NCBI GenBank assembly: GCA_951406725.2
Contig: OX597831.1
Span: 35,712,001-35,776,000, forward strand
DNA: 64,000 nucleotides
Source of the DNA: Octopus vulgaris
Lineage: Eukaryota
Direction: 5' to 3'
Shown: piece after piece, positions 13,932-26,937 of the stretch
Position numbering within the stretch: the stretch's first letter is position 1
How the letters are laid out: each line of letters opens with the position of its first letter
The notes under the pieces: model-generated
What the model was told of the DNA's origin: nothing
What the model saw: the letters and a program-made list of their open reading frames with translations, nothing else
The model's database searches: none
Position numbers and translations under genes: made by a program

Positions 13932-14360
13932 CAGGGTGCGTAAGATATTTGAGGACAGGTTTATATTTATAATAATAGATAATAACTTTATTTATCACAA
14001 AATGCTATGAGGATAAAAATAAACCTGCTTTTCTATAATGTTATTCAATAAAGCCACCTTCAGCTTCAACAACTGCTTCTGTATGAGATCTAAATCATCT
14101 ACATGCTCGAATCAAGTGGTCCTAGTTCATTTTGGACATTACTCTGACTATGGCAGCTTTCAAAGAATCTTTGGCAAATTTTCAGCCATCCATTCCTGTG
14201 TTACTAGAGCCATGTGTAATGGTGCAGAGCTTTGCTGAAACACATATGGCCTTCCATTGCATACATTGTCTATCCAGAGCTTAACAATTATTTCCAGGAC
14301 CTTGATGTAGGCAGTAGAGTTAACTCTAAGGCCTTGTGAAAAGAAGCAAAGAGGCATCAA
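13932..14360 (-). pseudogene. 3' end of a second DD37D transposon copy (internally deleted)
   Basis: TA-CAGGGTGCGTAAGATATTTGAGGACA TIR; minus-strand GRPYVFQQSSAPLHMALVTQEWMAEN and C-terminal EAVVEAEGGFIE*. Confidence 0.85.
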
Positions 14361-14548
14361 AATAGGTTATTCAACAGTTAATATATAAATCCAATAATAT
14401 TCTCATGAGATAAGAATTTAGTGATATATTCCATTTGATAAATCTGAATATGTTTCCATAACCATATAGGAGTATATAATATCAACAATGATAATAAAAT
14501 TATTATTATAAAGTGGCCCAGCATTACCTTTAATTCTTTATATATATA

Positions 14549-14775
14549 CTCTCTTTTTACTCTTTTACTCTTTTACTTGTTTCAGTCATTTGACTGTGGC
14601 CATGCTGGAGCACCGCGGGCTTCTTTCAGTTTCCGTCTACCAAATCCACTCACAAGGCTTTGGTCAGCCCGAGGCTATAGTGGAAGACACTTGCCCAAGG
14701 TGCCACGCAGTGGGACTGAACCCGGAACCATGTGGTTGGTAAACAAGCTACTTACCACACAGCCACTCCTACGCC
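14549..14775 (-). mobile_element. SINE family A, internally deleted
   Basis: Tail joined directly to the 5' half at GCACCGC|GGGCTTCTTTC. Confidence 0.8.
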
Positions 14776-15123
14776 TATATATATATATATATATATATAT
14801 ACAAAGTGAGATAGGGGTTGTGAGTGTAACCCACTATGGGATATCATTTATCCAATATACTGCCAGTAAAGTACCCAGAAAGGCTAATACATAAATGCTA
14901 AGAATTGCAATGCAATTAATTCATTTATTGTATTATATGGGCGCAGGTAAAATGTTTTACTTCAAATTCATAATTGAGATATATATATAAGTAACTCATT
15001 TATAACCGCATATTATCTTAATACATCTGACTAATATGAGCATAATGAGATACTCTTATCTACAGGCTGAAACAACTGTAAGATCCATTTTATATTTATA
15101 TGTATTGTTCTTATGGTATTATC

Positions 15124-15357
15124 AAGGCGGCGAGCTGGCAGAAACATTAGCACGCTGGGCGAAATGCTTAGCGGTATTTCGTCTGCGTTACATTGTGAGT
15201 TCGAATTCCGCCGAGGTTGACTTTGCCTTTCATCCTTTCGGGGTCGATAAATTAAGTACCAGTTACGCACTTGGGTCGATGTAATCGACTTAACACCTAT
15301 TCCTGTGCTTGTTTGTCCCCTCTGTGTTTAGCCCCTTGTGGGTAATAAAGAAATAGG
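15124..15357 (+). mobile_element. SINE family B (full length)
   Basis: AAGGCGGCGAGCTGGCAGAAAC..GAGTTCGAATTCC..GCCTTTCATCCTTTCGGGGTCGATAAATTAAGTACCAG; other copies at 27300-27510(-), 32005-32375, 35805-36012, 45079-45492, 46555-46748(-) and 48862-49284. Confidence 0.85.
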
Positions 15358-15501
15358 TATTATCTTACTCATTGATATGTACTGTTTTATTCTGTATTAT
15401 TCTGTTTGATCTGGATGTTCCTAAATAATTAGTTAATAAATTATATGAATTGGTATTATCTAGTAGTTGATGATTGATAGAAATCTATTCCTCCATTTTC
15501 T

Positions 15502-15593
<92 letters not shown>

Positions 15594-15622
15594 ATATATA
15601 TATGTATATATATATGTATATA

Positions 15623-15677
<55 letters not shown>

Positions 15678-15685
15678 CTTTACAT

Positions 15686-15771
15686 AGACCTACACATGTT
15701 TCAATTGCACCGAAAAGCAACCATTGAAATTGCCACCCTATTATAATACCGGTTCAGTATCCTCAGGGTCT
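15686..15771 (-). ncRNA. Type I hammerhead motif with extended helix II
   Basis: Minus strand AGACC-CTGAGGA-(57-nt imperfect stem-loop ending CGGTGCAATT)-GAAA-CATGTG-TA-GGTCT; perfect 5-bp helix I; lies next to (TA)n. Confidence 0.55.
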
Positions 15772-16029
15772 GTTATGGTTTTGCAGTAAAAATTAATTCC
15801 CAATTGATAGTACAGTGTTTGTTTGTGTCTTTAATACACCAGATTAATTTACTAAGATTTGTTTGGATTCTTTTATTCTTATCTCTTAATGAACTCAAAT
15901 GATTTGCCAGTCTCTTCTGGAAATTTGCGATATCACGCTGATGTAAAAGTATTCATTACTCTCAGATGTAACTTCACATCTATATGTTACATTTTTAGCT
16001 TTGCAGAACTATACTATAAATTGGGAATT

Positions 16030-16325
16030 AATTTACATTATTTACATTATTTACATTTGATGAATATTTGTCCTCATCTTGTTTGCTGTTAACACGTTTC
16101 AGCTGATATACCCTCCAGCCTTCATCAGGCCTCTTGGGGAAATTTCGAACCTGGGTTCTCATTCCTAAGGTATTTTTCAATGTTGTTGTTGTTGTTATTA
16201 TTATTATTATTATATATTTAAAAAAATTTTTTATCATTATTATTCAGGTCACTGCTTGGAATCAAACCTGGAATCATGGGGTTACTAGCCCGCGCTCTTA
16301 ACCACTACGCCATATGCCCATTGGC
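16030..16325 (-). mobile_element. tRNA-headed element with internal (AAT)n and a 3' hammerhead (16091-16133)
   Basis: Head GGGCATATGGCGTAGTGGTTAAGAGCGCGGGCTAGTAACCCC..GGTTTGATTCC; body CTGATGA-A-GGCTG..CAGCT-GAAACGTG; tail (ATGTAAATA)n. Confidence 0.75.
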
Positions 16326-16349
16326 ATACATAAATAATGTAAATCATCA

Positions 16350-16720
16350 ATCATCATTATCATCATCATCGTTTAACGTTCGTTTTCCATGCTAGCATGG
16401 GTTGGATAGTTCGGCAAGGGTCTGGGAAGCCAGGAGGCTGCACTAGGCTCCAGTCTGATCCGGCAGTGTTTCTTCAGTTGGATGCCCTTCCTAACGCCAA
16501 CCACTCTGTGAGTGTAATGGGTGATTTTTACATGCCACCGGCACATGTGCCAAGGGAAGCTTGCAGCGGCCACGATCAGTTGGTGCTTTTTACGTGCCAC
16601 CGGCACAGAAGCCACTCGAGGCAGTGCTGGCATCAGCCACGTTCGGATGGTGCTTTTTATGTGCCACCAGCACAGGTATCACAACTTCAATTTCCATTTG
16701 ATATTTATTTTGATGTTGAT
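16350..16720 (-). mobile_element. RTE-related 3' UTR element with (GAT)n tail
   Basis: Reverse complement similarity to the tails at 11390-11563 and 21590-21730. Confidence 0.75.
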
Positions 16721-16863
16721 GTACATAATTCCTCATCTCTTAAATATAGAACCAAGCCAGCATGGACAATGGACGTGAAATGATGGTGATGATGATTATA
16801 ATGATGATGATGGTGTGTGAGTGTATGTGTATTTGATTTGAATGCAGGGACATGAGACATATA

Positions 16864-17149
16864 CAGACATGCAGGAAGTAAATAGACACCTTTAATTTTC
16901 AAAATTTCTCATCAAAGATCTTAATATATTTTCAGTGGTGTAGAATTTACAATTGTGGAAAATGAACCCCGTTCGAAGGGTTTTGACATTGTAATATAGC
17001 TAGAAGTTAGTCCAAGAATGTGTGTTACATATCTGCATAAGCTTGTGTATTATGGACGAGCAGCTAGAAGAAAACCTCTCCTTCAACTAATTAATATCAA
17101 ATAAAAGATTTTGAAAATTAAAGGTGTCTATTTACTTCCTGTATGTCTG
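16864..17149. mobile_element. Tc1/mariner-type MITE with ~42-bp TIRs
   Basis: CAGACATGCAGGAAGTAAATAGACACCTTTAATTTTCAAAAT and its reverse complement (1 mismatch) at 17108-17149; TA at the left flank. Confidence 0.8.
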
Positions 17150-17922
17150 TGTACAGCAGCTAAGATGGATATCACCAGGTAGATATTTACTTATTTACCC
17201 AAGTTCCTCCACTCCCATCGTATTGTGCCAGATGTATTGGCAAAAGAAAGTTATTGGTTTCACCTCTTCAATGTCCTTCTCAGACCAATTATATCTAGAA
17301 AAGGATTATTTTGATATTTTTCATAAGAGAGAATTGTATTTGATATATTGGGAAGGAAACGGTTATAAATGTTTGTGTGTGTGTATGTATCTGTGTGTGT
17401 GTGTGTGATGGATTTGGGTGGATAAAAGCATATTTGATTAAATCATGTCACACGCACATATATTGCTGTATCCAAACATGGTACCCAAGACCAGTGAAAC
17501 TTTGAAACAAATACATGTAAGGCAGCCAATATCCACATTACATTGTCCTCAAACAACTCTCTCTGCCTTTCTTTCTCTCCCTCTCTCTCTGTTACTAAAA
17601 CACCTCTCTCTCTCCCTCGCACCCCTCACCCTCTGCCTTTTTCTTCTCGCTCTCTCTTTCTCTCTTTTCTGTTCTCCTGCCACAAGAAATATATTAACAA
17701 TATTATATTCGGAATACCTACAATGTTTAACATTTCAGAAAGGCCATCGATATTGACATAAATTTTACGACAGCAGAGATATTAAGAACTTATACACGTG
17801 GAAAAGTGCAACAAGGCCAGATTTTGGTTAGTCATAATACCATATTGGTTTAAGATTATTTATTTTATTCCCCATCTTTCTCTGTCTCTTCTTTTCACTC
17901 TCTTTATGTATATATATACATT

Positions 17923-17956
<34 letters not shown>

Positions 17957-17962
17957 CCTATG

Positions 17963-18032
<70 letters not shown>

Positions 18033-18846
18033 CATATATATATAATAATTTTATAGATAGATACATATACATACATACACATATATGTGTATACATGTAT
18101 ATATATATGTACGTATGTATTTATACATATATAAAATTATCTGTACATCTATATATATATATATATATATATATCTGTATTTAGAAATAGATATGTAAAT
18201 ACATAAATATATACATATATAAATATACATACATACATACACACACACATATGCATGCACACACATACACACGTACATACGCATACATGCACACACACAT
18301 ATATATATACAAATATATAGATGCATATAGACACACACACACACGTATATGTATATATATATATATATATACACACACACATATATATAGATGCATATAT
18401 TCTCTGAAAAGAAAGTATGTAGAAGATGGGGAAGAAGAGCAAAAGCAGGAAAAACAGAGTAGAGAGAAAGCAAGTGAGCAAGCAGGAAAGAAGGACAAAA
18501 GAAAATGGCAGTTGTGTGAGTGAGAAGACAATGTAAACACGATATTGAAGATGTTCATCTGGGATATGGCTGGAAGGCCTGAAATCATGAAATAGAATTA
18601 TGTTTCAAAAGCTGAAGCTGATGTAGATGGTGGAAGTATTGGTGGGAGGACTTTGCCGGCTTTGTCCCCAATTTTCTTTCCATTTTGCTTCAGAACGGGA
18701 TTTTATGTTAGAAGAAATAAAATAATCACACATCGTGCGATATCGTGTTACATATGTCTGTATGTTTATATGTATGGGTGCACACAGGGCATAGGTATAT
18801 GAATATATATATACATACATACATACATATATATAAATATATGTGC

Positions 18847-18899
<53 letters not shown>

Positions 18900-19010
18900 T
18901 ATAGATATAGTTAATCCAAACATGAAAACACAAAGAGAAAACACAACAACGTGAGGACGTGGAACAAGTATAGTATTATTGGACGCTCAGGAAAGAAGAA
19001 AAGAAGGAGG

Positions 19011-19045
19011 GTTTAACGTTTCGAGTGAAGCTCTTCGTCAGAAAC
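19011..19045 (-). ncRNA. Minimal type I hammerhead motif within a ~215-bp (TA)n-flanked element (18910-19125)
   Basis: GTTT-CTGACGA-A-GAG-CTTCA-CTC-GAAA-CG-TT-AAAC. Confidence 0.7.
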
Positions 19046-19141
19046 ATAGGAAATGAAAGATCCAAAGAAAGGAAGACGGAGGAAAAAAAATCGCCAACGG
19101 TACACACACGGTCACATTTTCAGTCATATATATATACACAC

Positions 19142-19188
<47 letters not shown>

Positions 19189-19189
<1 letters not shown>

Positions 19190-19583
19190 TAGCAGTATCG
19201 CCCGGCGTTGCTCGGGTTTGTAAGGGAAATAATTATATAAGCATTTTTAGAGATGTAAAGTATAATAGCCATCTCAATATGGCTAACCACAAAGGGGGAG
19301 GGGTGTTACTGTAGCTTTTTACGTTCTGAGATTTAATAATAAATTTTAGAGAGTTACTTCCCTTATATATGTCAAAAATGGATTAAAAATGGGAAAAATT
19401 GATGGTAAATTTTTTTTTAAATCGTAGACTCATCGTAGACGCGCGCTAATACCCAGACGGTCTCGATATGAATCACGACTATAAGATACCCGCTTTTGGT
19501 TAAACTGCACCGCAAAATGTGGGAGTAGTTAGGAATCTAAATCGTAGGAGACAGACACACAACCTCACTTTTATATATAAAGA
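19189..19583 (-). mobile_element. Non-autonomous Helitron
   Basis: Minus strand starts A|TC and ends with the CCCGAGCAACGCCGGG hairpin, 8 nt, then CTAG|T: canonical Helitron termini. Confidence 0.75.
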
Positions 19584-19745
19584 TTTCCTCTATTTACATA
19601 ATATTGAGGTATCTTTCTTTCTTTTGTTATCTTACTGTTTTTACCAATATACATATATATATATATATAAATATATATATAGTTACAGAGATGTACTTGC
19701 ATAGCAAGTGACTTGATCTGAGATCGTGTGCTGGAACGAAAACAG

Positions 19746-20004
19746 TTGCAGCGTTGAAGGTGTTTATAAGCCATTTAAGAAACACACAAAAACCGTTAGA
19801 TTCACTTCAACATTTAAATTTAATTTGTCAAAATATTTTCGTCGCTTTGAGACCGCGACCTGTTAGCACGATATTTTTGTCAGTGAACAGGTCGCGGTCT
19901 CAAAGCGACGAAAATATTTTGGCAAATTAAATTTAAATGTTGAAGTGAATGTAACGGTTTTTGTGTGTTTCTTAAATGGCTTACAAACACCTTCCACGCT
20001 GCAA
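19746..20004. repeat. Long palindrome (119-bp arms, 21-bp spacer) carrying a G3-C8 hammerhead
   Basis: Arms 19746-19864 and 19886-20004 are near-perfect reverse complements; bordered by (TA)n. Confidence 0.9.
19876..19926 (+). ncRNA. Minimal type I hammerhead, G3-C8 compensatory core variant
   Basis: TTTGTCA-GTGAACA-G-GTCGC-GGTCTCAAA-GCGAC-GAAA-ATAT-TT-TGGCAAA; 7-bp helix I, 5-bp helix II, palindromic AATATT helix III. Confidence 0.7.
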
Positions 20005-20613
20005 TATATATATACACACACATATATATATGTATGTATGTGTGTATATATGTATGCATGTATGTGTGTGTGTGTGCGTGTCTGTGCTTGTGATTGTCCT
20101 CCACCACTGCTTGACAACGAATGTTGGTTTGTTTACACCCCTGTCACCTAGTGGTTTGACAAAGGAAACAGATAGAATAAGTACAATGCTTACAAAAATA
20201 AAACTGGAGTTGATTCATTAAACTACAATTCTTCAAGGCATTGCCCCAGCATGGCCACAGACCAATGGCTGGAAAAAGCAGAAGAATAAAAGAATACATT
20301 CTCTGCTTTGGTCTTATGTTCACCCTCACACACACACACACGCGCACACACACACACACACACTCACACACACGCACGTTAGCTTACAATTTTATTTATA
20401 TATTTGTGTGTGTATGTGTGGAAAGAGGAAGTGGGAGGCAGAGTGAAAGAATCACTCACTACAGTAAGTGAATTACTTTCGTTTTATTCGTTGCCCACTG
20501 TGTGTGTGTGTTTGCATGTGGTGTAAACCAGACTAAGAAAAGCATTTGACACACACACCAGAATGTGAGTTTTCTGTAAATTTTGCTTAATTGGAGTTTA
20601 AATTTTAAAAACT

Positions 20614-20677
20614 GGAGCTGGCATGACGCGATGCATTGTACTCTTGGACCTGGCATGACGCGATGCATTGTACTCTT
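20614..20677. repeat. 32-bp tandem duplication
   Basis: GGA(G/C)CTGGCATGACGCGATGCATTGTACTCTT present twice. Confidence 0.9.
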
Positions 20678-20771
20678 AAAACTGCTAGGTGAATTGTAAT
20701 TGAAGAAATCCTATATTGTAGATTTGTATAACTCCCAAAGGGAGGCAGATAAAATCTGCCTTTTATAATAA

Positions 20772-20839
<68 letters not shown>

Positions 20840-20857
20840 ATATATGTATACGTGCAT

Positions 20858-21732
20858 ACTCAAGAGTATAAGTGCCGTGACAGAAAAGTTGGATTTAAGA
20901 AGCATCAGATGTGGTGTGCAAGAGAGACGACTGCACTGGTATGGTCATATGGTGAGAATAGATGAGGATAGCTGTATGAAAGAGTGTCACACCCTAGCAG
21001 TTGAGGGAACCTGTGGGAGAAGTAGACCCCAAAAAAACAGGGATGAGGTGGTCAAGCATGACCTTCAAACATTAGGCCTCACCGAGGCAATGACTAGTGA
21101 TCGAGACATTTGGAAATATGCTGTGCTTGAGATGATCTAGCAAGCCAAGTGAGACCATAACCCGTGGCCTATGCCAGGTGTGTAACCAGCCCACTTATGC
21201 ATACCTTTCCTTCATTGGACACTAAATTCTGCTTGCAAAGGCCTGTTGAGGCAAGTGAAATTGAAATCAAAATCAAATTCAATGACAGCACCACATGACT
21301 GGCATCCGTGCCAGTGGAGCTCTAAGAGCACTATCCAAGTGTGATCATTGCTAGGGCTGCTGACTGGTTCCCATGCTGGTGGCATGTAAGAAGCACTATT
21401 TGAGTGTGATCATTACCAGTGTCGCCTTACTGGCACTTGTGCTTTTGGCACGTGAAAAACAACATTCGAGCGAGGTCGTTGCCAGTGCCGCTGGACTGGT
21501 TCCTGTGCAGGTAGCATGTAAAAAAACACCAATTGAGCATGGTTGTTGCCAGTACCACCTGACTAGCCCTCGTGCCAGAGGCACGTAAAAGCACCCACTA
21601 CCCTCTTGGAGTGGTTGGCATTAGGAAGGGCATCTAGCAGTAGAAACTCTGCCAGATCGGGCTCACCAGTCCTCTGTCAAATCGTCCAACCCATGCCAAC
21701 ATGGAAAGCGGACATTAAACAATGATGATGAT
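20858..21732 (+). mobile_element. 5'-truncated RTE-clade LINE (ORF C-terminus, 3' UTR and GAT tail)
   Basis: Peptide RRLHWYGHMVRIDEDS..VEGTCGRSRPQKNRDEVVKHDL..DRDIWK is typical of RTE C-termini; UTR carries ~50-bp repeats. Confidence 0.85.
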
Positions 21733-21779
21733 ACATACATACATACATATATCTATATCTGTATCTATCTATCTATATT

Positions 21780-21858
<79 letters not shown>

Positions 21859-21863
21859 GTCTG

Positions 21864-21920
<57 letters not shown>

Positions 21921-21936
21921 TTATCTATTTATCTAT

Positions 21937-22492
21937 AAGGAAAGTGAGAGTAGAGAGGCAAGTTTTGTCTAGCGAACGTTTTAAAAAAGATGGGTGAATG
22001 TAGCAAGGATGGCATGTATGAATGACAAAGCCACCTTGAGTATAATCCTATGAACCCAGAAATTGAAAACAGAGGGTTACCCACTTGCAAACAAATGTGG
22101 TAACATATAACAATATTGACCAAGGTTACCATGGTCTTTTTCGTAGGCTTTTCTTCCCATGAAAAGTAAGGATAAACCTTACTTGCTTTCCCCTTTACAC
22201 CATACATCATGACACTGTGATATACGATCCCTATTGATCGTTTTTTTTTCCTCTTCCCCTTTTTTCCTCTTTTTTCTTCTTTTTTCATTTTTCTTTTCTT
22301 TTGTTCCTTTTCCCTTTTTTCTTTTTTTCTTTTCCTTTTTTCTTTTTTACTTTTTTTTGTTCTTTTTCCCCTTTTACGATCCCTTTTGATCGAAAACCTA
22401 CGCCACCTTTTTTTTTTTCTCCCCCAAAAGAAAATCTCTACCTTGTAACTTGTCCCATCTGTGTGCAGCCCTGTGTGGCCAATAAAAGAAAC
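21937..22492 (+). mobile_element. 5'-truncated LINE 3' end (Tx1/L1-like) embedded in (TCTA)n
   Basis: Frameshifted peptide [26 protein letters not shown]-rich UTR, AATAAA near the end; (TCTA)n on both sides. Confidence 0.5.
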
Positions 22493-22562
<70 letters not shown>

Positions 22563-22845
22563 AATCTATCTATCTATCTACCTATCTATCTATATATATG
22601 TGTGTGTATATATCATCATCATCATCATCATCATCGTTTAGCGTCCACTTTCCATGCTAGCATGGGTTGGAATATATATATATATATATATATATATAGA
22701 TAAATAGATAGATAGATAAATACATACATACATAGAAATATATATATATATAGATAGATAGATAGATCGATACAGATATAGATATATAAGAACATTCATA
22801 CATACATATATGTATCAGTATTCATCTCTTTTCATCTATTTATTT

Positions 22846-22877
<32 letters not shown>

Positions 22878-22892
22878 ATATATATATATATG

Positions 22893-22940
<48 letters not shown>

Positions 22941-22964
22941 GATACACAAATCCATATATACATA

Positions 22965-23009
<45 letters not shown>

Positions 23010-23167
23010 TTTTAAATATGTATATGCTTATATACATATATATAAATTTATAAATCTATCGTTATATATATATTCATATTTGCATATGTGTACATACACA
23101 TATATACGAATATACATATACATGCATATATGCATATATATATACACACCATACACACACACATATG

Positions 23168-23203
<36 letters not shown>

Positions 23204-24192
23204 TACACACACACCTAAACATGTTTAAATACAAGGTTATTACCAGTTCAAATATGCTTGAAGCATATAACAATCTATCAACCATTGCAGTCAAGAAGAA
23301 GAATAACAACAACAACAACCATACCATCAAGCACACTAGCTACAACAGTAGCCACAACATCAGCCACACAGTCATATATCTATTTCTAAATGTTAAGTTT
23401 ATTTTCAAACACTTTCAAATTGTCCTGGCTTTACAGAGCTCCTCCTACCCATCTATATCCCTACATTTCCTCCTACCACCTTTCTGTACGATATTCCCTC
23501 TTCTCTTCCTGCCCCTTCATCTCTTTCTCTCTTGCTCTTTCCTCTTTTTCTGCCCTCTCCCGCCCACTGATCATTGTTACATGGTGATCTTTTGAAGTAT
23601 ACAACATGAAAATGCTGTGTTTTCCGATGGCAAAAATCACTTACCTCGGCTCGTATTGGCACAGTTGCCTGTATAACAGTACAATTTCGTAATGGTAATT
23701 CTTAATTCTATGCTGTTATTATCAAGAGGTTTTGCATTTGGTGATTCCTATGAAGTTGACATTAAATATTCATGCAAATTTGACAATCTGAAGGGAAATA
23801 ATTCTTTTTAATACAACTTCATTTTCTATTTCTATCTTCCCTCATCTTGTGTTAAATGCATTTTGATTTCATGTATCGATATGCACATGTCAGCCATTTT
23901 CCTCTCTCTCACTCCCACTCTCTCTATGCACGTATATACATGTGTGTATGTGAGTGTGTGTGTGTGTCTGTGTCTGTGTGTGTTCTTGTGTCCATTTTTA
24001 TATGTACAGACATATGTAAGTATATATGTTTATATATATATATGTTTACATGCACGTGTTTGTGTGTGAGTGCATGTGTGTTTGTGTGCATTTTTATATA
24101 TACATAGACATATGGACATATACATATATTTATATTTTTATGTGCGTGTGTTTGTGCGTGAGTGTGTGCATGAGTGTATGTGTGTGTGTGTA

Positions 24193-24225
<33 letters not shown>

Positions 24226-24528
24226 TCACTTATACAAACACGCATATATTCAGTGAGTTTGATGTGTGGGAATTTGCAGCTTCCATAAGTCACAACCAAC
24301 GAAATTTTAAATGATTTATGCATTCTTAGTTTTAACAATATGCATATATACATACATAAATACATGCATAAATACATACAGACATATATACATGTGTGTG
24401 TGGGTGGGTGTGCATAACTATGCATATATATGTATATAGGTGAGTATGATGTGTGTTGAAACTCTAACATTAGGATTTTGGATAAAACTAGAATAAACAT
24501 AAAATTCTTTACATATTTTCATTTAGGT

Positions 24529-24995
24529 TTAACACTTTCATTACCATATCTATTTTGAGATGCTCTGTGTTTCTTTCAATTAATTTTAGATATAACTAAG
24601 AATTTAGTAAAATAACCTAATTATCATTCAGCTAGTGTTAAGAGCATAAATTGGAAGATTTTAATTCAAAACTTATGAAAACAAGACATTTGTACCGCAG
24701 AGCCAGAGGCAGTTTCAGTTAGGTTGATATCAAAAGGGTTACTATTTGCTTCTCTATTATATATTTTAACCCTTTTGTTACCATATTTCTGTTGAAATGC
24801 TTTATGTTGCTTTCAATTAATTTTAAATGTAACAAAGAATTTATTAAAATACCTTAGTTATCATTAAGCTAGTGTTAGGAACATAAATTGTGATTAAGGT
24901 TTGGTGGAAGATTTTAATTCAAAACTTATGAAAAGAATACATTTGTACTACAGAGCCAGAGGTGGTTTCAGGCAGGTTGGTATCTAAAGGGTTAA
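24529..24995. mobile_element. Two tandem piggyBac-type MITEs (~220 bp each)
   Basis: Copy 2 is TTAA-CCCTTT..AAAGGG-TTAA (24766-24995); copy 1 (24529-24741) is homologous along its length. Confidence 0.75.
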
Positions 24996-25009
24996 TCATT
25001 GATACCAAA

Positions 25010-25640
25010 ATGAAATATGTCAACTTTCTTGATGTCAGCCTTGGACCTCCCATTTTCTATGCTATTCTTTTCACAAATTGAACATGACAGTAAGTTATTA
25101 GCATAAGATGTTTACCCATTCTAGGTATTTCTTAATCTAGTTAAGAATGTTTCACTCAGAATATCCAGCTCTTATCCTAATGATAAAGCTCTAAAACATA
25201 ACAGTTTGAGATGCAAAAATAAACAACTTTTGAATCTTCTTAAGAAGCAGATAACCATAGAAACAGGAAAAGACTCATTAACTGGAATAATCCCCACCAG
25301 AATTTAAAAACAGTCATATACAAATTAAATTTTTTTCTTTTCAATTTCCACAACATTTATATAATAATATTTCTGGTAGGAATGTTATAGATATCACATA
25401 CTTCAAAACTCTCAAAGTCTACCTATCTGTCATCTCAAATTCTTTAAGCTTAACAAAACTACTGCTCTTCTACTGCTCCCAATAATTGTATCTGTACCAA
25501 CCTCTCTGCGTTCCTTCGAAACTAGAACTGCATGTCAAGAGACATAGTATATCAATATAAAGTAAATATTGTTAACAATATAAAAACATATATAAGCCTT
25601 ATTGCAAGTCTGTTTAAAATAAGGTATGATCAACAAACAT
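25010..25640 (+). pseudogene. Penelope-like element remnant (RT end, linker, GIY-YIG endonuclease)
   Basis: Hand translation gives KYVNFLDVSL, NLVKNVSLRISS, INWNNP and NCMSRDIVYQYKV..KTYISLIASLFKIRY; heavily decayed. Confidence 0.65.
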
Positions 25641-25764
25641 CTGAGAACACAAAAGTGAAGATATTCCTCAGAGCCTGAACTAGAATATCAATATCAAACT
25701 AAGCCTTACACAGGTGGTAGAAGGTCACACAGACTGCATGTAAATATAATATATAATATATATA

Positions 25765-25880
25765 TCACCTTGATCACCTTGACCGACCAGTCCGTCAGGC
25801 GTCCATTTGACACCGCTGGTCACAGCACGCTGTCCACTCCTCTCTGGATTGTGCCTTTCTCATCCACGTGATCCCAATCA
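25765..25880 (-). mobile_element. Very short RTE-like LINE 3' end in (TA)n
   Basis: Minus-strand [17 protein letters not shown] then CTGGTCGGTCAAGGTGATCAAGGTGAT tail. Confidence 0.6.
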
Positions 25881-25882
25881 AT

Positions 25883-25947
<65 letters not shown>

Positions 25948-26937
25948 GTATACATATGTTGATAAATGTATTTATGAATGTATGTATATATATATGTATA
26001 CACATACACATGCATCTACACAAACACACACATACACTCACACAATACACACACCTATACTCACATGATACACACACATACACTCACACAGTACACACAC
26101 ACGCACACATGATATGATATATATTTGCATGTATGACTGCACTAGGTAACATACATTCTATTCATTTGAACATTGCTTTCTATCAACAAGTATTTTTGTT
26201 GGTGCCAAGCTGCAAATTAATCACAGTTTCCACCTGTCATATTTTCAGCAATAATTCTGTATTTAATCTTCATACAATGTAACTTTCACCTGAGGCTAAA
26301 TGTTGACTGCATATTTTATTCCTGTGTTTAAGAGAAAAATAAATCAATTTCTTGTTTAATTTTCTCAAACATTTCCAAATAAAGGCACCTAACAAAGAAA
26401 ATAAATTGACAATTTTGGAATTATATTTTTAATTTGCTCAATATTTTCCCAGGTACTTGTATTTAATGAAAAAAATGTAATGAATGGACTCACTCAGATA
26501 TCATGGAACAGGTTAAAAATTAAAGTTCCTTGAAGATTTCAGTTTTGTAATATGTCATGCTCATGTATTTTCTATAACTAGATACTACTGATGTGGTTGT
26601 GAGGTTTAGAAGCTTGCTTTCCAGCCATGTGATTTTTGAGAAGTTGTCTTCTATGCCCTAGGTCAACCAAGGCATTATGAGAGGATTTGGTAGATGGAAA
26701 TTTAAAGAAGCCCATTGTATATGTGTGTGTGTTTGTGTGTATCTTTGCCTTGATATCACGTAATGGTTGTATACAAGCACATTGTTCATTTCTAGTCTAC
26801 CGTGAATAATATCTGACCATGGGAAAAATTACTTGGCCTGGAAAACAGAGAGCATTAATAATGGGAATTGCATCCAGCCATAAAAAACCTGCCTCAACAA
26901 ATTCTTTTTGTCCCATGCAAGCATAGAAAAGAAGACA

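Noticed and set aside
15040-15086. Hammerhead-like GAAACAACTGTAAGA (and GAAACAGCTGT at 38037)
   Set aside because: The 3' half resembles Penelope-type hammerheads but no CUGANGA-like core could be placed
16245-16320. Functional tRNA gene (and other A/B-box sequences)
   Set aside because: No proper acceptor stem, the anticodon region differs between copies, and each is fused to a repeat body, so these are SINE heads
16930-17125. Apparent terminal exon (tttcag, GVEFTIVENEPRSKGFDIVI*, AATAAA)
   Set aside because: Lies entirely inside a MITE bounded by ~42-bp TIRs, and no other exons were found
26440-26515. Possible small exon (ttttcccag .. CAG/gttaaa)
   Set aside because: Weak donor site, no recognisable peptide, no supporting neighbouring exons
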